A stretch of 64,000 nucleotides of DNA from an uncultured Candidatus Saccharibacteria bacterium (GTDB lineage Bacteria; Patescibacteriota; Minisyncoccia; Phycocordibacterales; UBA9973): positions 69,452 to 133,451 of the forward strand of contig CAZIZK010000002.1 in the NCBI GenBank assembly GCA_964544225.1, given 5' to 3'. Positions 41,281-49,771 of this stretch are shown here, piece after piece. Numbering within the stretch: position 1 is the stretch's first letter; every line of letters begins with the position of its first letter. A program made the translations under genes and the position numbers. Under the pieces are notes generated by a model. That model was not told the origin of the DNA. It did not search any database and worked only from the letters and a program-made list of their open reading frames with translations.

Positions 41281-41531
41281 TTTGTTTTGTAATTTTTTAT
41301 TAATTCTAGCTTTTGTGTGCGGGTCAATTTCTTTATTTTCGCTTCTGCTATCGATGCCCGGGACCGGTCGCGGAACTTTCTGGAATATACCAGTGTCACA
41401 GGCCTGCGTGCCGATGTATATTTGGCACCCAACTTGCTTGTGTTATGTTCACCCACACGCCTCTTTAAATCGGTTGTAATGCCCGTATACAGCGTTTTAT
41501 CCGCACATCTGAGTATATATAGGTGGTACAT
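41277..41531 (-). CDS. GIY-YIG nuclease (UPF0213)
   Basis: YILRCADKTLYTGITTDLKRRV.EHN, GAKYT; start moved to ATG 41531. Confidence 0.92.
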   Translation of the reverse strand: MYHLYILRCADKTLYTGITTDLKRRVGEHNTSKLGAKYTSARRPVTLVYSRKFRDRSRASIAEAKIKKLTRTQKLELIKNYKTK

Positions 41532-41602
41532 TATTTTATTATAGCACTTTTGTGGATAATTTATTTCCTTGCCTATTATGATCATTTTGATATAATTTCA
41601 AG

Positions 41603-41893
41603 ATGAATCAATTAATTATATTTTTTTATAATACTATCTTTATTTATCCTGTATTTTTTGTATTTTGTATAGTAATACTATTTTTAACTCGTAAGGAATA
41701 TAAGGGTATTAAAAATAAACAAAAAAACGATTTAAGTAATAATGAAAAATTTGTCATTTTTTTATATAAATTAAGTAAAATATATGCTTATATATTTACT
41801 ATTGCAGTTGTATTATATTATTTAACTGGTACATTTGAACTTTTTTACGGAATAATTAGAGTTGCCTGTTCAGATAATATTTGTCTTAACTAA
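41603..41893 (+). CDS. Hypothetical membrane protein, AT-rich
   Basis: Two TM segments; TATAAT 6 nt before ATG. Confidence 0.6.
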   Translation: MNQLIIFFYNTIFIYPVFFVFCIVILFLTRKEYKGIKNKQKNDLSNNEKFVIFLYKLSKIYAYIFTIAVVLYYLTGTFELFYGIIRVACSDNICLN

Positions 41894-42159
41894 TCTGCTT
41901 GGCAGAATATAGCACCTTCTTTTTGAAGTAGTTTAGCTTTTGCCATGCTTCCACCACGATTGTAGTCGCCCACTTTACCATCGCTACGTATGACACGGTG
42001 GCAAGGCACATCTGGCTTGTAATTCCCCTTCATGATACTACCCACCACTCGACAAGCTCGTGGCGAGCCTGCACGTGTAGCGACTTGTTTATAAGTCATT
42101 GTTTTACCCTTTGGTATTTTACGGACAATGTCTAGCACCTTTTCATTAAAACTTTTCAT
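41890..42159 (-). CDS. MGMT-family (O6-alkylguanine) DNA-binding/methyltransferase domain protein
   Basis: IPKGKTMTY, RVVG, PCHRV active-site motif. Confidence 0.9.
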   Translation of the reverse strand: MKSFNEKVLDIVRKIPKGKTMTYKQVATRAGSPRACRVVGSIMKGNYKPDVPCHRVIRSDGKVGDYNRGGSMAKAKLLQKEGAIFCQAD

Positions 42160-42168
42160 TGTATTTTA

Positions 42169-42657
42169 CTACTTCAAATAACTATCAAAGTATATAGCAT
42201 GACAGGTGTAGCCACCTGGGTTCTTTTGTAGAAAGTCTTGATTAAAATCTTCAGCGACCCAGAATTTGGTAAATGGCTCAAGTGTTGTTACTACAGGCCC
42301 CGGCCATCGGCCGGAATCGTTGACTATTTTTATAAAATCTTTCGCTTGCTTTAATTCACTTTCATTCTGGTAGAATATCGCACTCCTATATGAAGTACCC
42401 ATATCATTACCCTGCTGGTTGAGTGTAGTTGGGTTGTGTATCTGAAAGAAGAAGTCCAGCAACTTCCAGAAGCTCGTAATATTTGGGTCATAGACTATCT
42501 CTATTGCTTCAGCATGGCCTGCATGGTTCTCATAAGTAGGATTTTCCACAGTCCCACCAGTATACCCTGCGGTAATATCCAATACTCCCGCCTGACTTCG
42601 CATCAGTTCCTCGAGGCCCCAGAAGCACCCACCAGCTAAATATGCTTTGTTATTCAT
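42169..42657 (-). CDS. msrA: Peptide-methionine (S)-sulfoxide reductase
   Basis: GGCFWG, GHAEA, YRSAIF. Confidence 0.95.
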   Translation of the reverse strand: MNNKAYLAGGCFWGLEELMRSQAGVLDITAGYTGGTVENPTYENHAGHAEAIEIVYDPNITSFWKLLDFFFQIHNPTTLNQQGNDMGTSYRSAIFYQNESELKQAKDFIKIVNDSGRWPGPVVTTLEPFTKFWVAEDFNQDFLQKNPGGYTCHAIYFDSYLK

Positions 42658-42664
42658 AAAATAA

Positions 42665-42961
42665 TTATATCACCTTTATAAATACTTTTATTTCATCACC
42701 TGGGTAGATATCTTCCGCACGCAATACCTTTTTATTTATACATATTAGGTATTCCACTTGTTTAGACTTTTTATTTACTGTGTGTGGGAAAAGTGATGTA
42801 TTCCATATTGTATGGCCCACCTTTACCTGCACTTTTACAAAGCCTTTTGTGTACACCTGGCGGATACCTTCGGACACCTTTTTATCGAGCGTTACAAAAT
42901 GCCAGCCCGCATCGCCCGGCCACCGCCACACCTTTGCCTTGATTGTAAAATCCTTCTTCAT
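42665..42961 (-). CDS. DUF1905-like protein
   Basis: WHFVTL, VKV.VG.T.W.TSLFP. Confidence 0.75.
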   Translation of the reverse strand: MKKDFTIKAKVWRWPGDAGWHFVTLDKKVSEGIRQVYTKGFVKVQVKVGHTIWNTSLFPHTVNKKSKQVEYLICINKKVLRAEDIYPGDEIKVFIKVI

Positions 42962-42980
42962 CTATTTCTCTTCTTATTTT

Positions 42981-43427
42981 TTATTTAACTATGTACCAAA
43001 CCAGCATTACTAAGCTACTCCACCAGCCAATGTCGGAAATTATCAAACTTGCCATTATTTTATTCTGTAGTGTTTGTGGTAACAATTCATTTACCCTACC
43101 TTCAGCCTCCATCTTCAGTAGAAATGGGCTCACGTAGAATGACAGGAAAAGACCATTGAGTACTAAAATAACAGCAATGATTGCATGATACATTGGTATG
43201 CCAGCTAATGGCACATTGTTGTAAAACATGAACCCACCAATAATCGCAATTATGGTACCCGCCCATATCATTGGCTTTGTTACTTTGTGTGTGCGTATTG
43301 TCGCCTGTGTCCAATAAATTGATTTACGCCCTAGGAACCCATGAATATCGATAACAGTCACCGCCCCGAGGCCGATGATAAACCCAGCGATCATTAGAAA
43401 TAGTCCGATAAAATTTAATGTAATCAT
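42981..43427 (-). CDS. Hypothetical 4-TM membrane protein
   Basis: Hydrophobic segments, GLGAVTVID, LNGLFL. Confidence 0.75.
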   Translation of the reverse strand: MITLNFIGLFLMIAGFIIGLGAVTVIDIHGFLGRKSIYWTQATIRTHKVTKPMIWAGTIIAIIGGFMFYNNVPLAGIPMYHAIIAVILVLNGLFLSFYVSPFLLKMEAEGRVNELLPQTLQNKIMASLIISDIGWWSSLVMLVWYIVK

Positions 43428-43428
43428 T

Positions 43429-43818
43429 TTATATAAACTTTGTTATAACTACGTTGATCACTGCCATAGATAGCATCAATAGTGCCGGCACTGTGCGAAT
43501 AAATGGGTCCTTTACCTTTATATGCATAGACACTGCACCCAGCATTAGCAATACTAACAATGCGGATGCCGGATATACAACCACTGGCACCCAGAAGCCT
43601 ACTATCATGAGTGTGGCTATCAGCATCTTGCCTGCACCTATTAAATACATGAACCACTTCGGCAGACCATACGCTGCGAATTCGTCGGCCATATTACCTG
43701 CGCCACCTCCGCGATATTTAGTCGGCTTGTTGAATCGTACGAGCCATACATTGATCAAACCAAAAGCAATAATTATTTGAAAGATGTAAACAATATACAT
43801 AGGCATTATTTGTGACAT
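43429..43818 (-). CDS. DoxX-like membrane protein
   Basis: NVWLVR, EFAAYGLP, MLGAVSMHIKVKDP; start ATG 43818 or slightly downstream. Confidence 0.8.
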   Translation of the reverse strand: MSQIMPMYIVYIFQIIIAFGLINVWLVRFNKPTKYRGGGAGNMADEFAAYGLPKWFMYLIGAGKMLIATLMIVGFWVPVVVYPASALLVLLMLGAVSMHIKVKDPFIRTVPALLMLSMAVINVVITKFI

Positions 43819-43923
43819 AAATATAAGATTTAATTTTAATATATAAATATTATACCACAAAGGCCCAAGTGTCCCCTTGGGCCTTTGGTATTTAACTATC
43901 TAGGTATATAATGCCCTTATGAT

Positions 43924-44041
43924 CCCGTTAGAGGCCGCGGTCACGCTAATCAATACGGAATTGTATCATTTAATTTATAATATTAATTAGGTTAGGAGTG
44001 TTTCTATTTTAGAATATAGATCGCGACCTGCCTCTAACGGG
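43924..44041. mobile_element. Miniature inverted-repeat element, copy 2 (118 bp)
   Basis: Ends CCCGTTAGAGGC/GCCTCTAACGGG; flanked by ATGAT and ATGAA (duplicated start codon). Confidence 0.72.
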
Positions 44042-44281
44042 ATGAATAATGAAGAAGACGAAGATGTAGTAATACAGCGCGATGCCAACGGTAACATATT
44101 GGCCAATGGTGACAGTATTACACTGATAAAGGATTTAAAATTAAAAGGTAGTAGCACTGTGATAAAGAAAGGCACAAAGGCCAAGAATATTCGCCTGACC
44201 GATGTTGAGGGCGAGATAGAATGCAATATCGACGGCATGCGTGGTATAGTCCTAAAAACTGAATTTATCAAAAAAGCCTAA
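44042..44281 (+). CDS. PhnA/YjdM C-terminal domain protein
   Basis: DANGNIL..GDS..LIKDLKLKG....KKGTK.KNIRL, LKTEFIKK. Confidence 0.88.
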   Translation: MNNEEDEDVVIQRDANGNILANGDSITLIKDLKLKGSSTVIKKGTKAKNIRLTDVEGEIECNIDGMRGIVLKTEFIKKA

Positions 44282-44352
44282 TCCAACGATTAGGCTTTTT
44301 TGATTGACATTTCTATATTTTCATGTTAATTTAAAGAAAAATTTAAACAACC

Positions 44353-44835
44353 ATGAACTTAATTGATTTTAATCAAAAACCAACATCAATAGCGCCATAC
44401 GAATTTGGCCACGATGTAAACCGAGAGAATTTTGTAAATTTTCTAATTCTTAGTTACGCTGTTTCCAGAGGAAACTTTGTAATTCAAAAAGTCTTCTTTG
44501 TAATGTATAAAAGAAAGTTTGGCTTTCCTTGGAAGCATGTCATACAAGACTTTTATGAAAGTGGCGGATACGATGCCCTAACCGAAGACGAACAACAAAT
44601 TTTTAAAAAAGCATTCCGCAACGTTTCTGCTCATATGGAAAAATACATTGAGATAGAAATTGAAGATGAAATCCGAGATGAAATCGATGGTTTGGGTGAC
44701 CGGCCAGAAAATCAAGGAGAAATTACTTTTAATGCTGCATTGAGCTTTTTTAAATTCGAGGAGATAAATTCAATTGCTGAATTTAATGCAACCGCAAAAG
44801 AATTCAATTCAAAATTTGAATCTTCATTAAACTAA
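44353..44835 (+). CDS. Hypothetical protein (orphan)
   Basis: 160-aa ORF with TTGACA promoter and a downstream terminator. Confidence 0.7.
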   Translation: MNLIDFNQKPTSIAPYEFGHDVNRENFVNFLILSYAVSRGNFVIQKVFFVMYKRKFGFPWKHVIQDFYESGGYDALTEDEQQIFKKAFRNVSAHMEKYIEIEIEDEIRDEIDGLGDRPENQGEITFNAALSFFKFEEINSIAEFNATAKEFNSKFESSLN

Positions 44836-44880
44836 GCTTGGAACAACTAAAAAATTAAAGCGACACAATTTGTCGCTTTT

Positions 44881-45408
44881 TTATTTTTTATAATATTTAC
44901 ACCCTTTTACATGCGCGCCAGGTAGCAGGCCTATGGACATGAGGAATTCATTTACTATTTCCCCGCCGGTAAATTTAAATGTTTTCTTGAACAATTTCAC
45001 CCACTCCCCTTTATTTAAATTTGGATACTCCAAAAGCCATTTATGGAACGACCCATGTTTCTTTTGTAACCCTATTATTACATTGGCATTATGTATGGCC
45101 GCATCTACCTTTAGCCTGTTACGGATTATCCCCGCATCGGCCAGTAGTCGTGCACGGTCAGTATCACCATACTTTGCTACCTTTTTAATATTAAAATTAT
45201 TATAAGCTTTTCTAAAATTCTTTTGCTTGTTTAATATAGTGTTCCAGCTTAGGCCGGCTTGGTTTATCTCCAGTATCAACCTTTCAAATAAATCATTATC
45301 GTCATTTATATCCACGCCATAGAATTGGTCATGGTATACACGGTGCACATTGTCCGGTGGTAATGTCTTTACATAATCACAATAAGATTTTGGTTTTTCT
45401 TTTCCCAT
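44881..45408 (-). CDS. tag: DNA-3-methyladenine glycosylase I
   Basis: YHD, LFERLILEINQAGLSW, GIIRNRLK, FKFTG, H..GC. Confidence 0.93.
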   Translation of the reverse strand: MGKEKPKSYCDYVKTLPPDNVHRVYHDQFYGVDINDDNDLFERLILEINQAGLSWNTILNKQKNFRKAYNNFNIKKVAKYGDTDRARLLADAGIIRNRLKVDAAIHNANVIIGLQKKHGSFHKWLLEYPNLNKGEWVKLFKKTFKFTGGEIVNEFLMSIGLLPGAHVKGCKYYKK

Positions 45409-45416
45409 TTGAGTTT

Positions 45417-45452
45417 AAACATTCCTACATTCTCAAGAATGTAGGAATGTTT
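45417..45452. repeat. Long palindrome, copy 1
   Basis: AAACATTCCTACATTCT-CA-AGAATGTAGGAATGTTT, perfect 17-bp arms; contains the stop codon of the HTH gene. Confidence 0.9.
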
Positions 45453-45717
45453 TTATGAACTTTGTAATTTGTTTTCCGTATGGTGAAAGAGAGTGCGCTA
45501 CTTGCCTACCCTTGTAGTTTTTATTTAGCAAGCCTGCTTGCACCAGTCTGCGAGTATGTTCAGAAACTGTTTTAAAATTAGCTTTCAATTGTGTTGCTAT
45601 TTCGTCGACAGTAATACCATCATGCTTTTCAACTATCAGGAGGATGTCTATTCGACGATGATTCGCGATACCTTTGAAGTGCCTCTCGATCTGTTTACTT
45701 GTTTTGATCTTTTGCAT
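45433..45717 (-). CDS. Winged helix-turn-helix protein (ArsR/MarR-like)
   Basis: FKGIANHRRIDIL, TVSEHTRRLVQAGLL, GRQV wing. Confidence 0.85.
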   Translation of the reverse strand: MQKIKTSKQIERHFKGIANHRRIDILLIVEKHDGITVDEIATQLKANFKTVSEHTRRLVQAGLLNKNYKGRQVAHSLSPYGKQITKFIKTFLHS

Positions 45718-45734
45718 GTTTTAATTATATCAAG

Positions 45735-45766
45735 ACATTCGCACATTCTCAAGAATGTAGGAATGT
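45735..45766. repeat. Long palindrome, copy 2 (overlaps the HTH gene promoter)
   Basis: ACATTCGCACATTCT-CA-AGAATGTAGGAATGT, two mismatches. Confidence 0.88.
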
Positions 45767-45814
45767 TTATAAAGGGATGAGGGAGGATTAGGAGGAGGGT
45801 TTAGTGATAGAGGG

Positions 45815-46180
45815 TTACTTCCCTTCTACGAATTTGAGTGATATTGAATTTACACAGTGGCGGGTGTTTTTGTCTGTTAGCATCTCGCCTTCGAATACGT
45901 GGCCTAGGTGGCCACCACAGTTTGCACAAGTGATCTCTTGCCCATAATATGGATCAATATAAGAGGCTCTTTTGATAGCACCTGGAATCTCCTGATCAAA
46001 ACTTGGCCATCCGCATGTATATTCGAATTTATCCTTTGAGTCATATAGCGGTGCATTGCACTGCTTGCACACATATACACCCGTTGCTTTGTTATTCACA
46101 TACTCACCGGTAAAAGGCATCTCGGTCCCTTTGTCCACTATCACCCTCTTCTCTTCCTCTGTTAGTTGATTTAATTGCAT
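45815..46180 (-). CDS. msrB: Peptide-methionine (R)-sulfoxide reductase
   Basis: GTEMPF, CGWPSF, CGGHLGHVF, RHCVNS; start moved to ATG 46180. Confidence 0.95.
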   Translation of the reverse strand: MQLNQLTEEEKRVIVDKGTEMPFTGEYVNNKATGVYVCKQCNAPLYDSKDKFEYTCGWPSFDQEIPGAIKRASYIDPYYGQEITCANCGGHLGHVFEGEMLTDKNTRHCVNSISLKFVEGK

Positions 46181-46190
46181 GTTATTTTTT

Positions 46191-46394
46191 TTATAACGGA
46201 ATTCCAAAACATAAAGATCTTTCTTCGGCATCTGCCAATTCTTTTGTAGGAGTATAGGTAAAGCCATAGCAATGCTTCTTTTCATTTGCCTCCCATGCAT
46301 CGTATATTTCTTTTGTTGTATAACCTGGGTACGTAACAAATGACTTTGGGAAAAAGAATACTGCTATTAAAATAAAAATTATCAAGTATTTCAT
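46191..46394 (-). CDS. Small exported hypothetical protein
   Basis: MKYLIIFILIAVFFFP signal and two Cys; TATAAT 6 nt before ATG 46394. Confidence 0.6.
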   Translation of the reverse strand: MKYLIIFILIAVFFFPKSFVTYPGYTTKEIYDAWEANEKKHCYGFTYTPTKELADAEERSLCFGIPL

Positions 46395-46443
46395 AAGCCA
46401 ATTATACCACAAAGCCCGAGTGTTCCCTCGGGCTTTTTATTAT

Positions 46444-46485
46444 AATGAACATTCCTACATTCTCAAGAATGTAGGAATGTTCATT
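46444..46485. repeat. Long palindrome, copy 3
   Basis: AATGAACATTCCTACATTCT-CA-AGAATGTAGGAATGTTCATT, perfect 20-bp arms. Confidence 0.9.
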
Positions 46486-46487
46486 GG

Positions 46488-46739
46488 TTAATTTTTTCTC
46501 CAGCGTGGGGCGAAGCGGATCATGAATGTGTAAAACTTGGCTAATATATATGGGGTGCCACTTTTACGCATGGATTCGTAGCAGACTTTTTGAAACTCTT
46601 TCAAGTCATTGCCTTCGTAACAAAGCTTGCCGCCCTTGTAGCACAGGCTACAATAAATATCGCTCTCCCTTACCCCTGGGTCCTTACTAAAAGGCATTAA
46701 ACAACTCTGACACGCATTACATTTTTTGTTTTGGCTCAT
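46488..46739 (-). CDS. Zinc-ribbon domain protein
   Basis: CQSCLMP, YCSLCY, PRW (Zn_ribbon_2-like). Confidence 0.8.
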   Translation of the reverse strand: MSQNKKCNACQSCLMPFSKDPGVRESDIYCSLCYKGGKLCYEGNDLKEFQKVCYESMRKSGTPYILAKFYTFMIRFAPRWRKN

Positions 46740-46960
46740 ATAAATATATTACTAAAATATTTTCTAGAGGTCAAAAATTTTTCAAATAAATACTCTATTT
46801 GACTAACGATTTACTTAATAACAGATTGGACTAAGTATAAAATATCCTTACTAAATAATAATCTTTTAGTAAAATTAAAAGTTTTATTTTAATGTAGCTT
46901 TAAATTTAAATACAAACTAGCGCTTTATTCATCTATTGAATTATGCTATATTATTTTTAT

Positions 46961-47815
46961 ATGCAATTACAATACTTTACATATTTTTTAAACCCTCTGA
47001 GTACTCCGAGCTTATTTCCTGAAACGAGACCTAAAAAGGAAATATTCAGACAAGTCTTACAGCAGAAAAACTTAAAATATAAGGCTTCTGGATCAGATTT
47101 AGCCTACGTTTTTGAAAAAGAAGATGGAGATTATATAGTTGCTAAATTAGGCAAAAAGCAATCTCTTAAGAGAAGCCTTCCTCCAGAAGAAAGGTTTGAA
47201 GAAACTATTGATGAAAATTGGCCACATTGTTTAGTTTTTTTTAATTTAGATGAAAATCCTAATACAGGTCAAAAAATTGCATTTGAATATAAAACAAATA
47301 TTTTTAAAACACCCTTTGTCCAACTGCAAGATCTTGCTGAGGAACTAAATATTGCACTTTTTAATTCTAATTATGCTGTGTCAATTCATCCAGTAACAGA
47401 AGAGAGAAAGTTTTGGGATATTGTTAAAGAAAACCAAGGTAAGATTGAAAAAGTAACTTTTTCTTTTAATGCACCAAATCTTTTTAATCTAAAAAATAAT
47501 TTAAATGACGATTTAAGAAATGCTCAGGAGAAATTTGGACTAACAAAGGCAACCGTTGAATTCGAAAATCCACAAGGGAAACTCACTCTTTCAGAAGATA
47601 ATGATTTTTTACAACAAGGCGTAGAGTATGTTCGTAAGGGAGGAGGAGACTTTCATCTTAAAATAAAAAATAGTAAAAGCAGAATAATCAGAAGTGAGGA
47701 TGGTGTGATGACTAAAACAGTTGATTATGAAGATATTGAGGCAAGAATAAAATTTGATAATCCTAATGTTATCAACAGTGCAATTAAAAATATTTTTGAT
47801 AAAATAAAAGAATGA
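46961..47815 (+). CDS. Hypothetical soluble protein (possibly DUF4747-like), first gene of a two-gene module
   Basis: AT-rich ORF with F..PN and GGG motifs; start ATG 46961 or 46943; overlaps the next gene (ATGA). Confidence 0.75.
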   Translation: MQLQYFTYFLNPLSTPSLFPETRPKKEIFRQVLQQKNLKYKASGSDLAYVFEKEDGDYIVAKLGKKQSLKRSLPPEERFEETIDENWPHCLVFFNLDENPNTGQKIAFEYKTNIFKTPFVQLQDLAEELNIALFNSNYAVSIHPVTEERKFWDIVKENQGKIEKVTFSFNAPNLFNLKNNLNDDLRNAQEKFGLTKATVEFENPQGKLTLSEDNDFLQQGVEYVRKGGGDFHLKIKNSKSRIIRSEDGVMTKTVDYEDIEARIKFDNPNVINSAIKNIFDKIKE

Positions 47816-48264
47816 GATTTCTTGGATTTTTATTTTTAACAATTCTAATTTCTGCTGGTATTATTACTGTAGATATTCTTCTTCCTGGAAATTTTTTAAT
47901 TAACTTTATCAATAATCATTACATTGAAACCTTTGCTTCTTTAATTGGTTTCAATCTTGCGTCAGTAACATTTTTACTCGGACAACTTATTACCATTGAA
48001 GCAACAATAAATCAAGAGTCTATGTTCGAATCAACAAGAAAAGAAATAAAGCACAATGCATTCTTTTTAATTTTTATTTTTGTTGTAGCTTTACTCCTTT
48101 TAACTTTTAGACCTGATATAGGTATAACTGGAAGATTTGACCTAAATATTGCTTATTATGTGGTTAATACTTTAGTAATTTCTATATTTTTAATGGCCTT
48201 GTTTGCTATTTTTGAAATATTGAATTCTGTATTTTCTATAGGTAAATTTTTTAAGAAAAAATAA
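47812..48264 (+). CDS. Hypothetical 4-TM membrane protein, second gene of the module
   Basis: Four hydrophobic helices; translationally coupled to the upstream gene. Confidence 0.75.
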   Translation: MRFLGFLFLTILISAGIITVDILLPGNFLINFINNHYIETFASLIGFNLASVTFLLGQLITIEATINQESMFESTRKEIKHNAFFLIFIFVVALLLLTFRPDIGITGRFDLNIAYYVVNTLVISIFLMALFAIFEILNSVFSIGKFFKKK

Positions 48265-48372
48265 TTTTTGATATAACAACAAGAATTAAAATTGTAAAAT
48301 TAATTAATCTCAAGTTGTTTTTTACCTATCTTAATAGGTCATTTATATCAATCGGTTCATGTGATTATTTTA

Positions 48373-49122
48373 CTATTTTTGAAATATAAATAAATGCTCG
48401 TGCATTATTAATAAGAAATTTGAATCTTTTGATTTTTGAACCCAAAATCCTGTAGCCTTGCAATTAAATTGCCTCTTAATAATGTCTTCTTTTAATTCAA
48501 AACCAGAATCTAAAAACTTTTGCATTACTTTGTATGCCAATGGCTGATACATTTTATTACGCCTTGTGTCCCCCATTAGAATTGCACAGAATTTACCTGG
48601 TCTTAATACTCGATATAATTCTTTTGCGGTCTTTTCAATTTCATAACAAAACTTGTCTATATCATGAATATTTGAAATATCGTCCTCTATTGTTCCATCG
48701 CTATATTTAATTATGTCTGCATATGGTGGATGAGTAAGAGCAAAATCTATCTCTTTATCTTTAATAAAGCTTAAATTTCTGGCATCACCCTTCACCACTC
48801 TTTGTTTAGATTTATTATCAACAATGAAATCTAAAGCTTTTATAGTTCTTTCAATAGCTACTTCATTAACATCTACACAAGTAATATGCCTATTTAAAAT
48901 TTTTGCTTCTATTGCTGTCGTGCCACCACCAATCATGCAATCTAGCAAATGGTCGCCCTCTTTTGAGTATCTTAAAATTAAATTCCGTACAACCTCTGGT
49001 GCCCAATTACCTCGCCAATCTGAAGTATGTGTAGCCCAGTTACCACGACGAGGAAAAGCCCAGACCGTAGTACACTCCATTTCAAAACTTTCAGGATGAA
49101 GTTTTAAATTTTTTTGAGACAT
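48373..49122 (-). CDS. Amino-type (m6A/m4C) DNA methyltransferase
   Basis: DCMIGGGTT SAM-binding motif and THPPY catalytic motif. Confidence 0.88.
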   Translation of the reverse strand: MSQKNLKLHPESFEMECTTVWAFPRRGNWATHTSDWRGNWAPEVVRNLILRYSKEGDHLLDCMIGGGTTAIEAKILNRHITCVDVNEVAIERTIKALDFIVDNKSKQRVVKGDARNLSFIKDKEIDFALTHPPYADIIKYSDGTIEDDISNIHDIDKFCYEIEKTAKELYRVLRPGKFCAILMGDTRRNKMYQPLAYKVMQKFLDSGFELKEDIIKRQFNCKATGFWVQKSKDSNFLLIMHEHLFIFQK

Positions 49123-49130
49123 TGTTTTTT

Positions 49131-49751
49131 TTACTTTTTATTCCAACAATTTTTAGGAAAACCTATTTTCTTTAAAATATCTGTAAACGCAACATATTCA
49201 ATATGTTGTTCTTTGTAAAAAGCCAAGCTTTCTTTGAGTTCGATTGTTTGATTATTTTTATCTAAGAGATCTCCAAAAGCGAACTTTTCTCTAGCTTCAT
49301 ATTCTTGATAGCCAACTAAAATTATTTGTAGTGGTTTGTGATAAAGCCTTGGAACTTCTCCATATTTCAAAGGTACACCAAGAATTTTTTCGCCCGCAGT
49401 ACCTGGAGTAGACCAGCTTCTACCTTTTACTTCATAAACATAATCGTCACATTCTAAATCTGGATCATATTTTTTAGTTCTTAATGAGCTTTTTTTAGTG
49501 GTGGTAGACCTAACATTTTTTCTACCGAGCTTAATAAGTGCCTCCATTACTAATTCTTGGCAAAGTACAGTTGTCCATTGTTTTCCGCCAATGGTATTAA
49601 TAACCTTATTGCCCCAATCTTGCTCAATTTTCTTTGATTCTTTAAGCCTTTTCTCGCTTTCAGTATTACGCAAAGAAATATCAGTGATACCTTCATAGCA
49701 CCATTGAATAACTTTTGGATTATTAAGCAAATTTAAATTTTCTTTTTTCAT
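49131..49751 (-). CDS. Putative PD-(D/E)XK restriction endonuclease
   Basis: PDLECDDYVYEVK motif, GTAGEK; lies between two methyltransferases. Confidence 0.7.
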   Translation of the reverse strand: MKKENLNLLNNPKVIQWCYEGITDISLRNTESEKRLKESKKIEQDWGNKVINTIGGKQWTTVLCQELVMEALIKLGRKNVRSTTTKKSSLRTKKYDPDLECDDYVYEVKGRSWSTPGTAGEKILGVPLKYGEVPRLYHKPLQIILVGYQEYEAREKFAFGDLLDKNNQTIELKESLAFYKEQHIEYVAFTDILKKIGFPKNCWNKK

Positions 49752-49771
49752 AAATATTTTTTGATGTGAAA

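Noticed and set aside
45417-46485. Three palindromic repeats as a CRISPR array
   Set aside because: They are about 280 and 680 bp apart with whole genes between them, and no cas genes are present.
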